In this document: positions 47,945 to 58,356 of the stretch, piece after piece
How the letters are laid out: each line of letters starts with the position of its first letter
How positions within the stretch are numbered: the stretch's first letter is position 1
Origin: an uncultured Bacillota bacterium
GTDB lineage: Bacteria > Sysuimicrobiota > Sysuimicrobiia > Sysuimicrobiales > Segetimicrobiaceae
NCBI GenBank assembly: GCA_963804645.1
Contig: CAWDRG010000009.1
Coordinates: forward strand, 288,001-352,000
Reading direction: 5' to 3'
Length of the DNA: 64,000 bases
Made by a program: the position numbers and the translations under genes
Notes under the pieces: generated by a model
What the model saw: the letters and a program-made list of their open reading frames with translations, nothing else
What the model was told of the DNA's origin: nothing
The model's database searches: none

Positions 47945-49747
47945 TCAAGGGTGCGCGGCCGGCGCGTCGGTCGCGGCGACGGTCACCGGCGTGACGAAGA
48001 TCACCAACTCGGTCTCCTGATGCTGGAACTGGGTGGACCGGAAAAGCGGCCCGATGACGGGGAGATCCCCCAAGACCGGAATCTTCTGGATCAGCTCGGC
48101 GTCTTGGTGCTGAAGCAGCCCCCCGAGCACCAGCGTGTCGGACGGACGCATCGACACGACGGTCTCCACGCGCCGGACGCGCAGGGCCGGAATCGTGAAC
48201 CCGTTGACCTTGATCGCGTTGTCGTAGTCGAGCGTGCTGACCTCGGGCGCGATCCGCATGAACAGCCGGCCGTCTTCCTGCGCGTCCGGGCGCGCGTTCA
48301 GAATGACCCCGAAGTCCTTGTACTCGACGGTCACGGCGCCGTTGTCGCCGGCGACGGGAATCGGGACCTGCCCGCCGAGCAGCAGCGACGCCGAGGTCCC
48401 CGCCATCACAACGAGGTTCGGCTCGGCGAGCAGTTTCGCGCGCCCTTGCTGGGCCAGCGCCTGCAGCTGCGCGATCAGCAGGTCCAGCCCCGCCGTGCCC
48501 AGCCCGGGGGTCGTGATGATCTGGAGATTGTACACGCCGCCGTTCAGCGACGGCGGGAAGCCCGGCGTCTGCTCGCCGCCGCCCCACGTCACCCCCAGGT
48601 TGCGGAGGGCGTTGCGATCGATCTCCACGACCTCCACCTGCAGTTGGAACTGCACCGGTCTGCGCACGGTCAGCAAATTGACGACCGTCGGCGCGAACGC
48701 GCGGGCGATTGCCTCGATCTTCTCACGATCGGCCTGCGTCTCGACCGATCCGCTCAAGACGATCCCGCCGGAGCCCTCCGGTCCGCGCGCCGGGACCGCT
48801 CCGGGCCCGGGCGCCTCCGCCGGAGATCGCGCGGCATCCCGCGATGGCGCCGCGATGGGCGAGGAGAGCGCCGGCGCGTTTGAGTCGAGCGCCGGGGGCG
48901 CGGGCGCGGCGGACGGCGCGGTGAGGGTCGCCCCCTCCGGGCCTCCGCCCGGCACCGCCGTCACCGTCACGGCCGCGGTCGGAACCGTCGTCGAGATGAG
49001 GCGCCGGAGCGCGTCCACGAGTCCCGAGGCCGGCGCGACCTCGACCGCGTACGTCCAGATCCGGCCGGTGCGGTCCCACACGTACATCGTGGTGCGGCCC
49101 TGCGACCGCGCGGTCACCAACAGCTGCTCGGCGCTCACGGGCACGACCCCGAGCACCTGCGGGTCGGCGACGGCCACCCGCACCAGGCCGGCGACGTCGA
49201 GGAGCCGTCCGGCGCCCTCCTCGAGCGTGAGCGCCAGCGCGACGTCCGGCGGCGCCGCGTTCCCGCCGGCCGGCGGCCCGGGCACAGACGCGGCGGGCGC
49301 GACCCGAACGGGCGGCGCGGGGACGTGCGCCGCCGCACGGGGTGCCAGGCGAACCACCAGGTTCGGCCCGTCGAAGGATGCCGCGGTCACCGTCATCGCG
49401 GCCCGCGTCGTGACGTCGATCAGGACGTGGCCGCCGAGCGCGCGCACGCCGACGCCGGTCACCAGCCCGACGTTTATCCGGTGCGACGCGGGTGTCGCGG
49501 CGACCCCATCAAGCGTGATGACGACCCGGTTCCCGCTCGCCGACGTCGCGTAGCGCACCGGAGCGGGCAGCACGACGTGCACGCGGATGCCGTCTCCGTC
49601 CGGCTCCACAATCACGCCGCCGAGCGCCGGGACCGACGCCGCGCGGGCCCGATCCGCCACCGGGGCGGCGCCGGCCACGACCGCCGCGGCCGCCACCGAC
49701 GCGAGGACCGCCCGGAGCACCGAGTTCCGTGAGGGGTGAATAGACAT
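47945..49747 (-). CDS. cpaC: CpaC/RcpA secretin with an extended N-terminus
   Basis: RVAVADPQV...GRTTMYVW, QFQLQVEVVEI, LLAEPNLV, VEYKDFGV, KIPVLGDLPVIGPLF and ETELVIFVTP motifs; start uncertain. Confidence 0.9.
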   Translation of the reverse strand: MSIHPSRNSVLRAVLASVAAAAVVAGAAPVADRARAASVPALGGVIVEPDGDGIRVHVVLPAPVRYATSASGNRVVITLDGVAATPASHRINVGLVTGVGVRALGGHVLIDVTTRAAMTVTAASFDGPNLVVRLAPRAAAHVPAPPVRVAPAASVPGPPAGGNAAPPDVALALTLEEGAGRLLDVAGLVRVAVADPQVLGVVPVSAEQLLVTARSQGRTTMYVWDRTGRIWTYAVEVAPASGLVDALRRLISTTVPTAAVTVTAVPGGGPEGATLTAPSAAPAPPALDSNAPALSSPIAAPSRDAARSPAEAPGPGAVPARGPEGSGGIVLSGSVETQADREKIEAIARAFAPTVVNLLTVRRPVQFQLQVEVVEIDRNALRNLGVTWGGGEQTPGFPPSLNGGVYNLQIITTPGLGTAGLDLLIAQLQALAQQGRAKLLAEPNLVVMAGTSASLLLGGQVPIPVAGDNGAVTVEYKDFGVILNARPDAQEDGRLFMRIAPEVSTLDYDNAIKVNGFTIPALRVRRVETVVSMRPSDTLVLGGLLQHQDAELIQKIPVLGDLPVIGPLFRSTQFQHQETELVIFVTPVTVAATDAPAAHP

Positions 49748-49789
49748 CTGACTATGTATACTTATAGACATCACTCTTCGTTCCGTCAA
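49741..49789 (-). promoter_or_regulatory. Putative tad operon promoter overlapped by repeated TAGACAT half-sites
   Basis: Minus strand TTGACG, 17 nt, TATAAG. TAGACATC occurs at 49741 and 49765 with ATGTATA between them. Confidence 0.45.
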
Positions 49790-49886
49790 TCCCGAACGTG
49801 CGTCTGCGCCGTGCGCGGCGCGCTCGAAGGGAATGGGTCCGCGCATCACGAAAGGCATCGCCCGACGTCCTCGGAGGGAGGATCTG

Positions 49887-50345
49887 GTGCCGAGCACCTT
49901 CGAGGCCCAGCCCCAAACGATCGTCCTCGCGCTCGCGGTCGCCTGCGTGGTGTTGCTCGCGGCGGTCGTCGCGCTTGTGCTCCGCGACCGCCGCCGCAGA
50001 TCGCCCGTGGTGTCGGCGGACGAAGCACTCCGCGCCGCGTTCGCGGAGATCAACCGCCGGCTTGAGGCGCTCGAGGGGGGCGTGGCCAAGATCACGGCGC
50101 ATCTCCCAAAAACCGTTCAGGGCGTCGGCGTCGTCCGCTACAATCCGTTTCCCGACATGGGCGGCGCGATGAGCTTCAGCCTCGCGCTGCTGGACGGCCG
50201 CGCCAACGGCATCGTGGTGAGCGTGCTGAACAACCGCGACAGCGCGAGGGTCTACGGCAAACCGGTGGAAGCCGGCGAGTCGAGCTACACGCTCTCGGAT
50301 GAAGAGCGGCAGGCACTGGCGCTGGCGCGCGGCCAGCGGCGGTAG
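49887..50345 (+). CDS. DUF4446 family protein
   Basis: N-terminal TM, then VGVVRYNPFPDMGGAMSFSLALLD...VYGKPV...YTLSDEE; GGAGG RBS. Confidence 0.85.
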   Translation: MPSTFEAQPQTIVLALAVACVVLLAAVVALVLRDRRRRSPVVSADEALRAAFAEINRRLEALEGGVAKITAHLPKTVQGVGVVRYNPFPDMGGAMSFSLALLDGRANGIVVSVLNNRDSARVYGKPVEAGESSYTLSDEERQALALARGQRR

Positions 50346-50372
50346 CCGGCGGGCGTCCGGCCGGGGGGATCG

Positions 50373-51026
50373 ATGCGGTTTCGAGATCGACGGGAAGCCG
50401 GCGCACGTCTCGCCGCAGAGCTCGCAGACCTCGGATTGAGCGATCCTCTCGTGGTGGCGATCCCGCGCGGCGGGGTGATCGTCGCCGAGGAGATCGCCCG
50501 GGCGCTCGGGTGGCCTCTCGATATCGTCCTGCCGCGGAAGCTGCGGGCGCCGGGACAGCCCGAGCTCGCGTTTGGCGCGGTCGCCGGCGACGGCTTCGTG
50601 TATCTGGACGCGCGCCTCGCACGTACGCTGCGCGTCAGCGACGCCTATCTCAAGGCCGAAATCGGCGCGCAGCTCGAAGAGATCCGGCGGCGGCGCGCGG
50701 CCTATCGCGGCGACCGCCCGCCCTTGCGCGTGCGGGGACGCACGGTCGTGCTCGTGGACGACGGTCTCGCGACGGGCGCGACGGCGATCGCCGCCGTGCG
50801 CATGCTGCGCCACGAGCTGCCGCGCGAGATCGTGGTCGCCGCGCCCGTCGGCTCCGCGGACGCGGTGCACCGGATCGCGCAGGAGGCCGACCGCGTCGTC
50901 TGCACGCGGCGTCCCGAAGGATTCGCGGCGGTGGGCGCGTTCTACGAAGACTTCAGACAGGTGACGGACGACGAGGTGGTGGCCTGCCTCGAGCGCGCCT
51001 GGGCGCAGAAAGTGAGTGAACGATGA
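50373..51026 (+). CDS. Phosphoribosyltransferase family protein
   Basis: FRDRREAG, AIPRGGV, VLVDDGLATGAT and FYEDFRQVTDDEV motifs. Confidence 0.9.
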   Translation: MRFRDRREAGARLAAELADLGLSDPLVVAIPRGGVIVAEEIARALGWPLDIVLPRKLRAPGQPELAFGAVAGDGFVYLDARLARTLRVSDAYLKAEIGAQLEEIRRRRAAYRGDRPPLRVRGRTVVLVDDGLATGATAIAAVRMLRHELPREIVVAAPVGSADAVHRIAQEADRVVCTRRPEGFAAVGAFYEDFRQVTDDEVVACLERAWAQKVSER

Positions 51027-52123
51027 CCGACACGCTGAAGCGCACGCCGCTGTTCGAAGTGCACGTCGCCGCCGGGGCCAGAATGGTGCCGTTCAGCGGA
51101 TGGGAGATGCCCGTCCAGTACGTCGGCATCATCGAGGAGCACCGCGCGGTGCGGACGCGCGCCGGGTTGTTCGACGTCTCGCACATGGGCGAGGTCGACG
51201 TCCAGGGGCCGGGCGCGATTCCGTTCGTGCAGAGCCTCGTGACGAACGACGTCTCGAAGCTCGCGATCGGCCAGGCCCTGTATACGCCGATGTGCACGCC
51301 GGACGCCGGGGTCATCGATGACCTGCTGGTCTACCGGATGAGCGACACCGACCTGATGCTCGTCGTCAACGCCGGGAACACGCCGGAGGATCTCGCCTGG
51401 ATCCGCGGGCACGCCGCGCCAGGCGTCCGGATCACCGACCGGTCTGCGGAGATCGCGCTGCTCGCGTTCCAGGGGCCGCGCGCGCCGGCGATTCTCCAGA
51501 CGCTGACCGCGGTGCCCCTCGCCGAGATCACGTACTATTGGTTCCGGCCGAACAGCACGGTCGCCGGCCGATCCGTGATCTTGTCCCGCACCGGGTACAC
51601 GGGCGAGGACGGATTCGAGCTCTACGCCCGCGCCGAAGACGCCGTGCATCTGTGGGCGGCGATCCTCGACGCCGGCTCCTCCGACGGCGTCATGCCGGCG
51701 GGACTCGGCGCGCGCGACACGCTGCGGCTCGAAGCCGGCTATCTCCTGCACGGCAACGACATGGACAAGACGACGAGCCCGCTTGAGGTCGGACTCAGCT
51801 GGACGGTCAAGCTGCAGAAGGGCGAGTTCATCGGCGCGGACGTGCTGCGGCGGCAGAAGGCCGAGGGGGTCCGGCGGCGGCTCGTCGGCTTCACGCTGGA
51901 GGGACGTGCGATCGCGCGGCACGGCTTCCCCATCCACGCGGGCGGGACGGCGGACGGGCGCGTGACGAGCGGGAGCTTCGGCCCCACCGTGGAGAAGAGT
52001 ATTGGGCTGGGCCTGGTACCGGTTGAAGGTGCGGAGGCCGGACGGCCGCTCGCCGTGGAGATCCGGGGGCGTGCCGTGCCGGGTGCCGTGACGAAGCTGC
52101 CGTTCTACAGCCGGAGCAAGTAG
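51023..52123 (+). CDS. gcvT: Glycine cleavage system aminomethyltransferase T
   Basis: FSGWEMPVQY, LFDVSHMGE, SRTGYTGEDGFE and GLGARDTLRLEAG motifs. Confidence 0.97.
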   Translation: MTDTLKRTPLFEVHVAAGARMVPFSGWEMPVQYVGIIEEHRAVRTRAGLFDVSHMGEVDVQGPGAIPFVQSLVTNDVSKLAIGQALYTPMCTPDAGVIDDLLVYRMSDTDLMLVVNAGNTPEDLAWIRGHAAPGVRITDRSAEIALLAFQGPRAPAILQTLTAVPLAEITYYWFRPNSTVAGRSVILSRTGYTGEDGFELYARAEDAVHLWAAILDAGSSDGVMPAGLGARDTLRLEAGYLLHGNDMDKTTSPLEVGLSWTVKLQKGEFIGADVLRRQKAEGVRRRLVGFTLEGRAIARHGFPIHAGGTADGRVTSGSFGPTVEKSIGLGLVPVEGAEAGRPLAVEIRGRAVPGAVTKLPFYSRSK

Positions 52124-52186
52124 GCCGCGGGATGAACCGGCGGCCCGCCGGCGCGTAGGCGAGCGGCACACAGGGAGGGAGACCGC

Positions 52187-52573
52187 GTGTATCCCAAAGA
52201 GCTGCGGTATTCGACGGAGCACGAGTGGGCCAAGACGGAGGGCAAGCGCGTGCGGATCGGCATCACCAAATTCGCCGCCGACCATCTGTCGGATGTCGTA
52301 TACATCGAGCTGCCCGCCGTGGGCACCGAGATCAAGTTCATGGAGACGTTCGGCGTCGTGGAGTCGGTCAAGGCCGTGAGTGACCTGTACGCGCCGGTCT
52401 CCGGCAAGGTCGTCGAGATCAACAAGGCCCTCGTCGAGAAGCCGGAGGTGCTCAACACGGATCCGTACGGCGAAGGCTGGATGATCCTCGTGGAACCCAC
52501 GTCGCCGGGCGAGATGGACAAGCTGCTGGACGCGGCCGCCTACGCCGCGCACCTCGGGGAGGCACAGTCATGA
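52187..52573 (+). CDS. gcvH: Glycine cleavage system H protein
   Basis: [19 protein letters not shown] (lipoyl Lys) and DPYGEGW motifs. Confidence 0.97.
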   Translation: MYPKELRYSTEHEWAKTEGKRVRIGITKFAADHLSDVVYIELPAVGTEIKFMETFGVVESVKAVSDLYAPVSGKVVEINKALVEKPEVLNTDPYGEGWMILVEPTSPGEMDKLLDAAAYAAHLGEAQS

Positions 52574-53913
52574 AGTACATCCCCGCGACCCCGGCGGAGC
52601 GCGAGCGGATGCTCGCGGCGGTCGGGGTGGGGACGGTCGAGGACCTGTTCCAGGACATTCCCGCAGAGGTGCGGCTCAAGCGCCCGCTCGACCTTCCGGC
52701 GCCGGCACCCGATCCCGACCTGCTCGCGCATATGCGGCAGCTCGCCGCGCGCAACGTGGACTGCGACCGTCTGGCGTGCTTTCTCGGCGCGGGGGCGTAC
52801 GATCATTTCGTGCCGAGTACGGTCCCGCACCTGGCGCTCCGCCCGGAGTTCCTGACCGCGTACACGCCGTACCAGGCGGAGATCATGCAGGGCGAGCTCC
52901 AAGCGATCTACGAGTACCAGAGCATGATGTGCGAGCTGACCGGCATGGACGTCGCGAACGCGTCGATGTACGACGGGGCGAGCGCCACCGGCGAGGCGGC
53001 GAGCATGGCCGCCGACCTCACGAAGCGCGCCGAGATCCTCATCAGCGCCGCGGTGCATCCCGAGTACCGGCAGGTGCTGCGGACCTACACCAGCCACCTT
53101 CCGATCACCGTGCGCGAGCTGCCCGCGGTGGACGGCGTCACCCCGGTCGAGGCCGCGCGCGCGGCGATCACCGACGCGACTGCGGCGCTGATCATCCAGT
53201 CGCCGAACTTCTTCGGATCGATCGAGGACGGGGACGCGCTCGCCGAGGCGGCGCACGCGCACGGCGCCCTGCTGGTCGTCGCGGTCGCCGAGCCGATCAG
53301 CCTCGGACTGCTGCGCCCCCCCGGCGACTACGGCGCGGATATCGTCACCGGCGAGGGCCAGCCGCTCGGGAACGCGCTGAACTTTGGGGGACCCTACCTC
53401 GGCATGATCGCGACCCGCGAGCAGTTCGTGCGCCGGATCCCCGGCCGCCTCGTGGGCCGGACCGTCGACACCGAGGGCCGCCCCGGGTACGTGCTGACAC
53501 TGCAGACGCGCGAGCAGCATATCCGGAGGGCCAAGGCCACCAGCAACATCTGCACGAACGAGTCCCTGAACGCCCTCATCGCCGCGGTGTATCTCTCGAC
53601 ACTCGGGCGCCAGGGGATCCAGGACGTCGCCGAGCTGTGCGCGCGCAAGGCGCACTACGCGCGCGAGCGGATCGCGGCGCTCCCCGGCTACGCCCTCGCG
53701 TTCGACGCGCCGACGTTCAACGAATTCGTGGTGCGGTGCCCCGTGCCGCCGGCCGAGATCAACCGCAAGCTGCTCGCGCACGGGATCCTCGGCGGGCTCC
53801 CGCTCGGACGGTTCTACCCCGAGTACGAAAACGGGTGGCTCGTCTGCGTCACCGAGCAGCGCACGCGCGAGGAGATCGACCGGCTGGTCGACCACCTGGA
53901 GACGGTGCGATGA
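52570..53913 (+). CDS. gcvPA: Glycine dehydrogenase subunit 1
   Basis: [19 protein letters not shown] and [20 protein letters not shown] motifs. Confidence 0.96.
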   Translation: MKYIPATPAERERMLAAVGVGTVEDLFQDIPAEVRLKRPLDLPAPAPDPDLLAHMRQLAARNVDCDRLACFLGAGAYDHFVPSTVPHLALRPEFLTAYTPYQAEIMQGELQAIYEYQSMMCELTGMDVANASMYDGASATGEAASMAADLTKRAEILISAAVHPEYRQVLRTYTSHLPITVRELPAVDGVTPVEAARAAITDATAALIIQSPNFFGSIEDGDALAEAAHAHGALLVVAVAEPISLGLLRPPGDYGADIVTGEGQPLGNALNFGGPYLGMIATREQFVRRIPGRLVGRTVDTEGRPGYVLTLQTREQHIRRAKATSNICTNESLNALIAAVYLSTLGRQGIQDVAELCARKAHYARERIAALPGYALAFDAPTFNEFVVRCPVPPAEINRKLLAHGILGGLPLGRFYPEYENGWLVCVTEQRTREEIDRLVDHLETVR

Positions 53914-55409
53914 GCGCCCCCGAGACTCCCACGCGCAAGCCCTCCCTGTTCAAGCGGCCGGTGCCGGTGATCTTCGAGCGCGGCACCCCGGGGCGGATCG
54001 GCTACAGCCTGCCGGCAAGCGACGTCCCGGAGGCGCCGTTCGACGCGGTCGTCCCGGCCGCCCACCGCCGGGCGCATCCCGCGGCGCTCCCGGAGGTCAG
54101 CGAGCTGGACGTCGTGCGGCACTACACCGCCCTCAGTCAGCGCAACTTCTCGATCGACGAAGGGTTTTACCCGCTCGGCTCGTGCACGATGAAATACAAT
54201 CCCAAGATCAACGAAGACGCGGCGCGGCAGGCAGGGTTCGCGCGCATCCACCCCTACGCCCCGGAGGAACTGGTGCAGGGCGCGCTCGAGCTGCTGTGGG
54301 AGCTCGAGCACGCGATGGCCGAGATCACCGGGATGGACCGGGTGACGTTCCAGCCGGCCGCGGGCGCCCACGGGGAGCTGACCGCCCTCCTGATGATCGG
54401 CAAGTACTTCGAGGAGAAGGGCGAGCGGCGGGCCACCGTCATCGTGCCCGACTCGGCGCACGGGACCAATCCGGCGTCCGCGACGTTCGCCGGGTACAAG
54501 GTGGTCGAGGTTAAGAGCGATCGCCGCGGCAACATCGACCTGGATGCGCTGAAGGCCGCGCTCACCCGGGACGTCGCCGCGCTGATGTTCACGAACCCCA
54601 ACACGCTCGGCTTGTTCGAAGAGCAGATTCTCGAGGTCGCGCGCGCGGTCCACAACGTCGGCGCGCAGCTCTACCTCGACGGCGCCAACTTCAACGCGAT
54701 CCTCGGCATCACGCGGCCCGGGGATCAGGGGTTCGACGTGATGCACCTGAATCTGCACAAGACGTTCACGACCCCGCACGGCGGCGGCGGACCGGGGGCC
54801 GGGGCCGTCGGCGTGCGCTCGCACCTCGCCCCGTTTCTGCCCATCCCCACGGTGGAGCGCGACGGCGAGCGGTTCGCGCTCGATTACGATCGGCCGAAGA
54901 CCATCGGCAAGATGCGCGCGTTCTACGGCAACTTCGGCAACCTGGTGCGCGCCTACACCTACATCCGGACGATGGGGGCGTCGGGGCTGCGCGAAGCGTC
55001 GGAGATGGCGGTGCTCAACGCCAACTACCTGCTGAGCCGCCTGCGGCGCGACTTCGACCTCCCGTACGACCGCGTGTGCAAGCACGAGTTCGTGCTGTCG
55101 GGCCGCAGGCAGCGGGACGAATACCACGTCACGACCCGCGACATGGCGAAGCGCCTGCTCGATTACGGCTTCCACTCGCCGACGATCTACTTCCCCCTGA
55201 TCGTCGAGGAAGCGATCATGATCGAGCCGACGGAGACCGAGAGCCTGCAGACTCTCGACGGGTTCGTCGACGCGATGCTCGCGATCGCACGGGAGGCGGA
55301 GACGGATCCCGACCTCGTCCGCACCGCCCCGCACGAAGCGCGCGTCACGCGCCTGGACGAGGTGACAGCCGCCCGGAAGCCCAACCTGCGGTGGCGGCCT
55401 GAGGCGTAG
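53910..55409 (+). CDS. gcvPB: Glycine dehydrogenase subunit 2
   Basis: [39 protein letters not shown] and MIEPTETES motifs; ATGA overlap. Confidence 0.96.
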   Translation: MSAPETPTRKPSLFKRPVPVIFERGTPGRIGYSLPASDVPEAPFDAVVPAAHRRAHPAALPEVSELDVVRHYTALSQRNFSIDEGFYPLGSCTMKYNPKINEDAARQAGFARIHPYAPEELVQGALELLWELEHAMAEITGMDRVTFQPAAGAHGELTALLMIGKYFEEKGERRATVIVPDSAHGTNPASATFAGYKVVEVKSDRRGNIDLDALKAALTRDVAALMFTNPNTLGLFEEQILEVARAVHNVGAQLYLDGANFNAILGITRPGDQGFDVMHLNLHKTFTTPHGGGGPGAGAVGVRSHLAPFLPIPTVERDGERFALDYDRPKTIGKMRAFYGNFGNLVRAYTYIRTMGASGLREASEMAVLNANYLLSRLRRDFDLPYDRVCKHEFVLSGRRQRDEYHVTTRDMAKRLLDYGFHSPTIYFPLIVEEAIMIEPTETESLQTLDGFVDAMLAIAREAETDPDLVRTAPHEARVTRLDEVTAARKPNLRWRPEA

Positions 55410-55478
55410 CGTCGCCGTGCCGGTACCCCGCCGGCCGGCGCGACGCCGGGGCGTCCTCCCACCCGCCGCTCCCCGCCG

Positions 55479-56321
55479 ATGAGCCAGTCCGAGTGGGCGG
55501 TCGCCGCCTTCGGGCTGGCGGCCGCCGTCTCTTGGGGCGGCGGCGACTTCAGCGGCGGTATTGCCTCCCGCCGCGTCGACGCGTTCGCCGTGGCCGGGGT
55601 GTCCCGTGCGATCGGCGTCTCGACGCAGATCATCCTGGCCCTCGCGTTGGGCGAGCCGGCACCGGGCCTGCGGGCCCTGACCTGGGCGGTCGCGGCCGGG
55701 GTCTGCGGCGGGATGGGGCTCGCCGCCCTGTACCGGGCGCTCGCTGTCGGCAGCATGGGCGTGAACGCGCCGATCACGGCCGTCGTCGCCGCGGCGTTCC
55801 CGGTGCTGTTCGAGACGCTCGCGCAGGGACCGCCGACCGTCCTGCACGCGGTGGGGTTCGCGCTCGCGTTGTGGGGGGTGTGGCGGCTCGCGCGCCCCGA
55901 CGGCGTTGAGGGCCGGCCGCGGGGGGTTGGGTTGGCGTTGCTCGCGGGACTCGCATTCGGCGGCTTCTACATACTGATCACCCGAGCCGGGGGCCCGTCG
56001 GTATTCTGGCCGCTCGCCGCGGCGACCGGCACGTCATCCGTCATGCTGTTCGCGCTCGCCGCGGCGAGCAACCCGCGCCTGATCCTCATGGCCGCGGCGC
56101 TGCCGATCACGTATGCCTGTGGGGTCCTCGACGCCGGCGGCAACATCTTCTTCGTCCTCGCGGCGCACGCCGGCCGCCTGGACGTCGCGGCGGTGCTGTC
56201 CTCACTGTATCCGCTGGTCACGGTGCTCGCGGCCTGGCTGATCTTGAAGGAACGGGTGTCGCGGGGGCAGGCCGCCGGCATTGCCGCGGCGCTCGCCGCC
56301 ATTCCGCTGATCGCGGCGTAG
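55479..56321 (+). CDS. DMT/EamA family transporter
   Basis: WGGGDFSGG, LYRALAVGSMG and LSSLYP...LILKER motifs; about ten hydrophobic segments. Confidence 0.88.
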   Translation: MSQSEWAVAAFGLAAAVSWGGGDFSGGIASRRVDAFAVAGVSRAIGVSTQIILALALGEPAPGLRALTWAVAAGVCGGMGLAALYRALAVGSMGVNAPITAVVAAAFPVLFETLAQGPPTVLHAVGFALALWGVWRLARPDGVEGRPRGVGLALLAGLAFGGFYILITRAGGPSVFWPLAAATGTSSVMLFALAAASNPRLILMAAALPITYACGVLDAGGNIFFVLAAHAGRLDVAAVLSSLYPLVTVLAAWLILKERVSRGQAAGIAAALAAIPLIAA

Positions 56322-56353
56322 TCGCCGGCCGCCGGCGCCGAACGGGCGCGGCG

Positions 56354-57175
56354 CTACCCGTCGGGCGGCGCCGCCTTGGGATACGACCCGAGCACGCGCA
56401 GGAACGTCGTCTGCGCGCGAAACTCCTCGAGCGCGGTGCGCAGCGGGTCCATGTCGGCGTGTCCCTCGACGTCGACGTAGAACGTATAGTCCCACGGCCG
56501 CTCGCGTGCCGGCCGCGACTCGATCTTGACCAGGTTGATCCGCCGGCGCGCGAGGGCGCCGAGCACCGCGTAGAGCGTGCCCACCTCATTCGTCACCACG
56601 AAGACGATCGAGGTCTTGCTCGCCGCGCCCGCAGGCACCGCGGTCTGGCTCAACTGCAGAAAGCGCGTGTAGTTGTTGGGCATCGCCTCGATCCCCTCCG
56701 CGAGCACGTCGAGCTCGTACAGGGTCGCCGCCCGCCGGCTCGCGATCGCGGCGCAGCCGGCGAGCGCCTGCTCGCGGATCGCCTTGGCGCTCCCCGCGGT
56801 GTTGTAGTAGGGGACCAACTCCGCGCCCAGCCGCTTCAGGTAGGCGTCGCACTGCGCGAGCGCCTGCGGGTGCGAGTACACGCGGCGGATGTCCTGCAGG
56901 GACTGTCCGGGCAGCGCCATGAGGCAGTGCCGCACCCGAAGGTCGAGTTCGCCGATGATCACCAGGTCGTGTGCGAGCAGGAGGTCGTACGTCTCGTTGA
57001 TGCTGCCGGCGAGGGAGTTTTCCACGGGGACCACACCCCGGTCCGCCCGGCCGCCCTGCACCGCCTCGAACACCCCCGCGAACGACGAGCACTGCACCGT
57101 GTCGACGGCCCCGAACGACCGCAGCGCCGCCTCCTCGCCATACGCCCCGGGCTCCCCTTGATACGCGACGCGCAT
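56354..57175 (-). CDS. pheA: Prephenate dehydratase
   Basis: VAYQGEPGAY, PVENS, SHPQALAQC, NYTRF and INLVKIESRP motifs. Confidence 0.95.
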   Translation of the reverse strand: MRVAYQGEPGAYGEEAALRSFGAVDTVQCSSFAGVFEAVQGGRADRGVVPVENSLAGSINETYDLLLAHDLVIIGELDLRVRHCLMALPGQSLQDIRRVYSHPQALAQCDAYLKRLGAELVPYYNTAGSAKAIREQALAGCAAIASRRAATLYELDVLAEGIEAMPNNYTRFLQLSQTAVPAGAASKTSIVFVVTNEVGTLYAVLGALARRRINLVKIESRPARERPWDYTFYVDVEGHADMDPLRTALEEFRAQTTFLRVLGSYPKAAPPDG

Positions 57176-57180
57176 GTCCC

Positions 57181-58242
57181 TCACCCCGCCGTGTGAAAGA
57201 CTTCGGCCATGCGAGCCCACTGCGCCCGCTCGGCCACGGTGAAGGGCCAGTAGGAGAAGACGCGGTCCGCCAGGCCGGTATAGCGGTCGCGGAGCTCGCG
57301 GCCGACCTCCTCGTACGAGCCTCGGATGACGATCGCGTCGAGGACCGCATCGGGAACTTGGGACGCGATCTCGTTCATCCGCCGTTCCGCGACCATCCGC
57401 CGCAGCCGGTCCGCCAGCTCACCGTGTCCGAGCAGCTCGAGCACCACCCGGTAGGTCGGCGTGGACCCATAAAATGCGATGCGGGCCCGCGCCCGGTCGA
57501 CGGCCGCGCGGAGCTCGTCGGGGGTATCGCCCGCCGCGAGCATGACCGGGACCACAATCGCGACCTCGCCGCGCTGCCGCCCGGCGCGCGCCAGTCCTTC
57601 GGCGATATGCGGCAACACGAACTCTTTCAAATACGGGATTGAATGCATCGGGTGCACGATGAATCCGTCGGCCGCCTCACCGGCCAGGCGGCACAACCCC
57701 TCGTTCACGCCTGCGATCAGAACGGGAATGCGCGGGTGCGCGTTCGGACCCGGGTTGAAGAACGGACCCATCAGGTTGATGTTGTAGTGGACGCCCGAGA
57801 CCCGAAGCGGCGCGCCGTCCTGCCAGGTGCGCCAGATCGCCCGGAGCGCCTGGATGTACTCGCGGAGCTTCGGGACCGGCGGGTCCCACGGCATGCCGAA
57901 GCGGCGCTCGATATGGGCGCGGACCTGGGTGCCGAGCCCGAGCAGGAACCGCCCCCCCGAGAGCCGGCTCAGGTCCCACGCCGTCTGCGCCGTGATCATC
58001 GGACTCCGCGCGAACGCGACGGCGATGCCCGTGCCGAGCTCGAGGCGGGTCGTCGCCTGCGCGGCGATCGCGAGCGCCACGAACGGGTTGTGCTGGGTGT
58101 CATTGGCCCACAGCCCGCGGAACCCCGTCTCCTCGGCGATGCGCGCGGTCGCGGGCGCCTCCTCCAGCGCCTCCATCGCGAGCGCGCAGTCCAGAACCGG
58201 CGGCCGCGCGCCGGCGGGCGGCACGCGACTCGCTACGTCCAT
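57181..58242 (-). CDS. LLM-class oxidoreductase, probably F420-dependent (TIGR03617-like)
   Basis: IAVAFARSP, GRFLLGLGTQVRAHIERRFG and FYGSTPTY motifs. Confidence 0.85.
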   Translation of the reverse strand: MDVASRVPPAGARPPVLDCALAMEALEEAPATARIAEETGFRGLWANDTQHNPFVALAIAAQATTRLELGTGIAVAFARSPMITAQTAWDLSRLSGGRFLLGLGTQVRAHIERRFGMPWDPPVPKLREYIQALRAIWRTWQDGAPLRVSGVHYNINLMGPFFNPGPNAHPRIPVLIAGVNEGLCRLAGEAADGFIVHPMHSIPYLKEFVLPHIAEGLARAGRQRGEVAIVVPVMLAAGDTPDELRAAVDRARARIAFYGSTPTYRVVLELLGHGELADRLRRMVAERRMNEIASQVPDAVLDAIVIRGSYEEVGRELRDRYTGLADRVFSYWPFTVAERAQWARMAEVFHTAG

Positions 58243-58356
58243 GTCATGACCCAAACCGCGGGCCTCGACGGCGCCGCGCGCGTGCGCCCCGCTCCCCGGG
58301 AGACACGTCGCGCGTCCGAGATACGTGATCCTTCATCCCCGCTCCCCTCCCTCGAT

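Noticed and set aside
50900..51023. Glycine riboswitch before gcvT
   Set aside because: gcvT overlaps the upstream gene stop, so there is no leader and no aptamer motif was seen.
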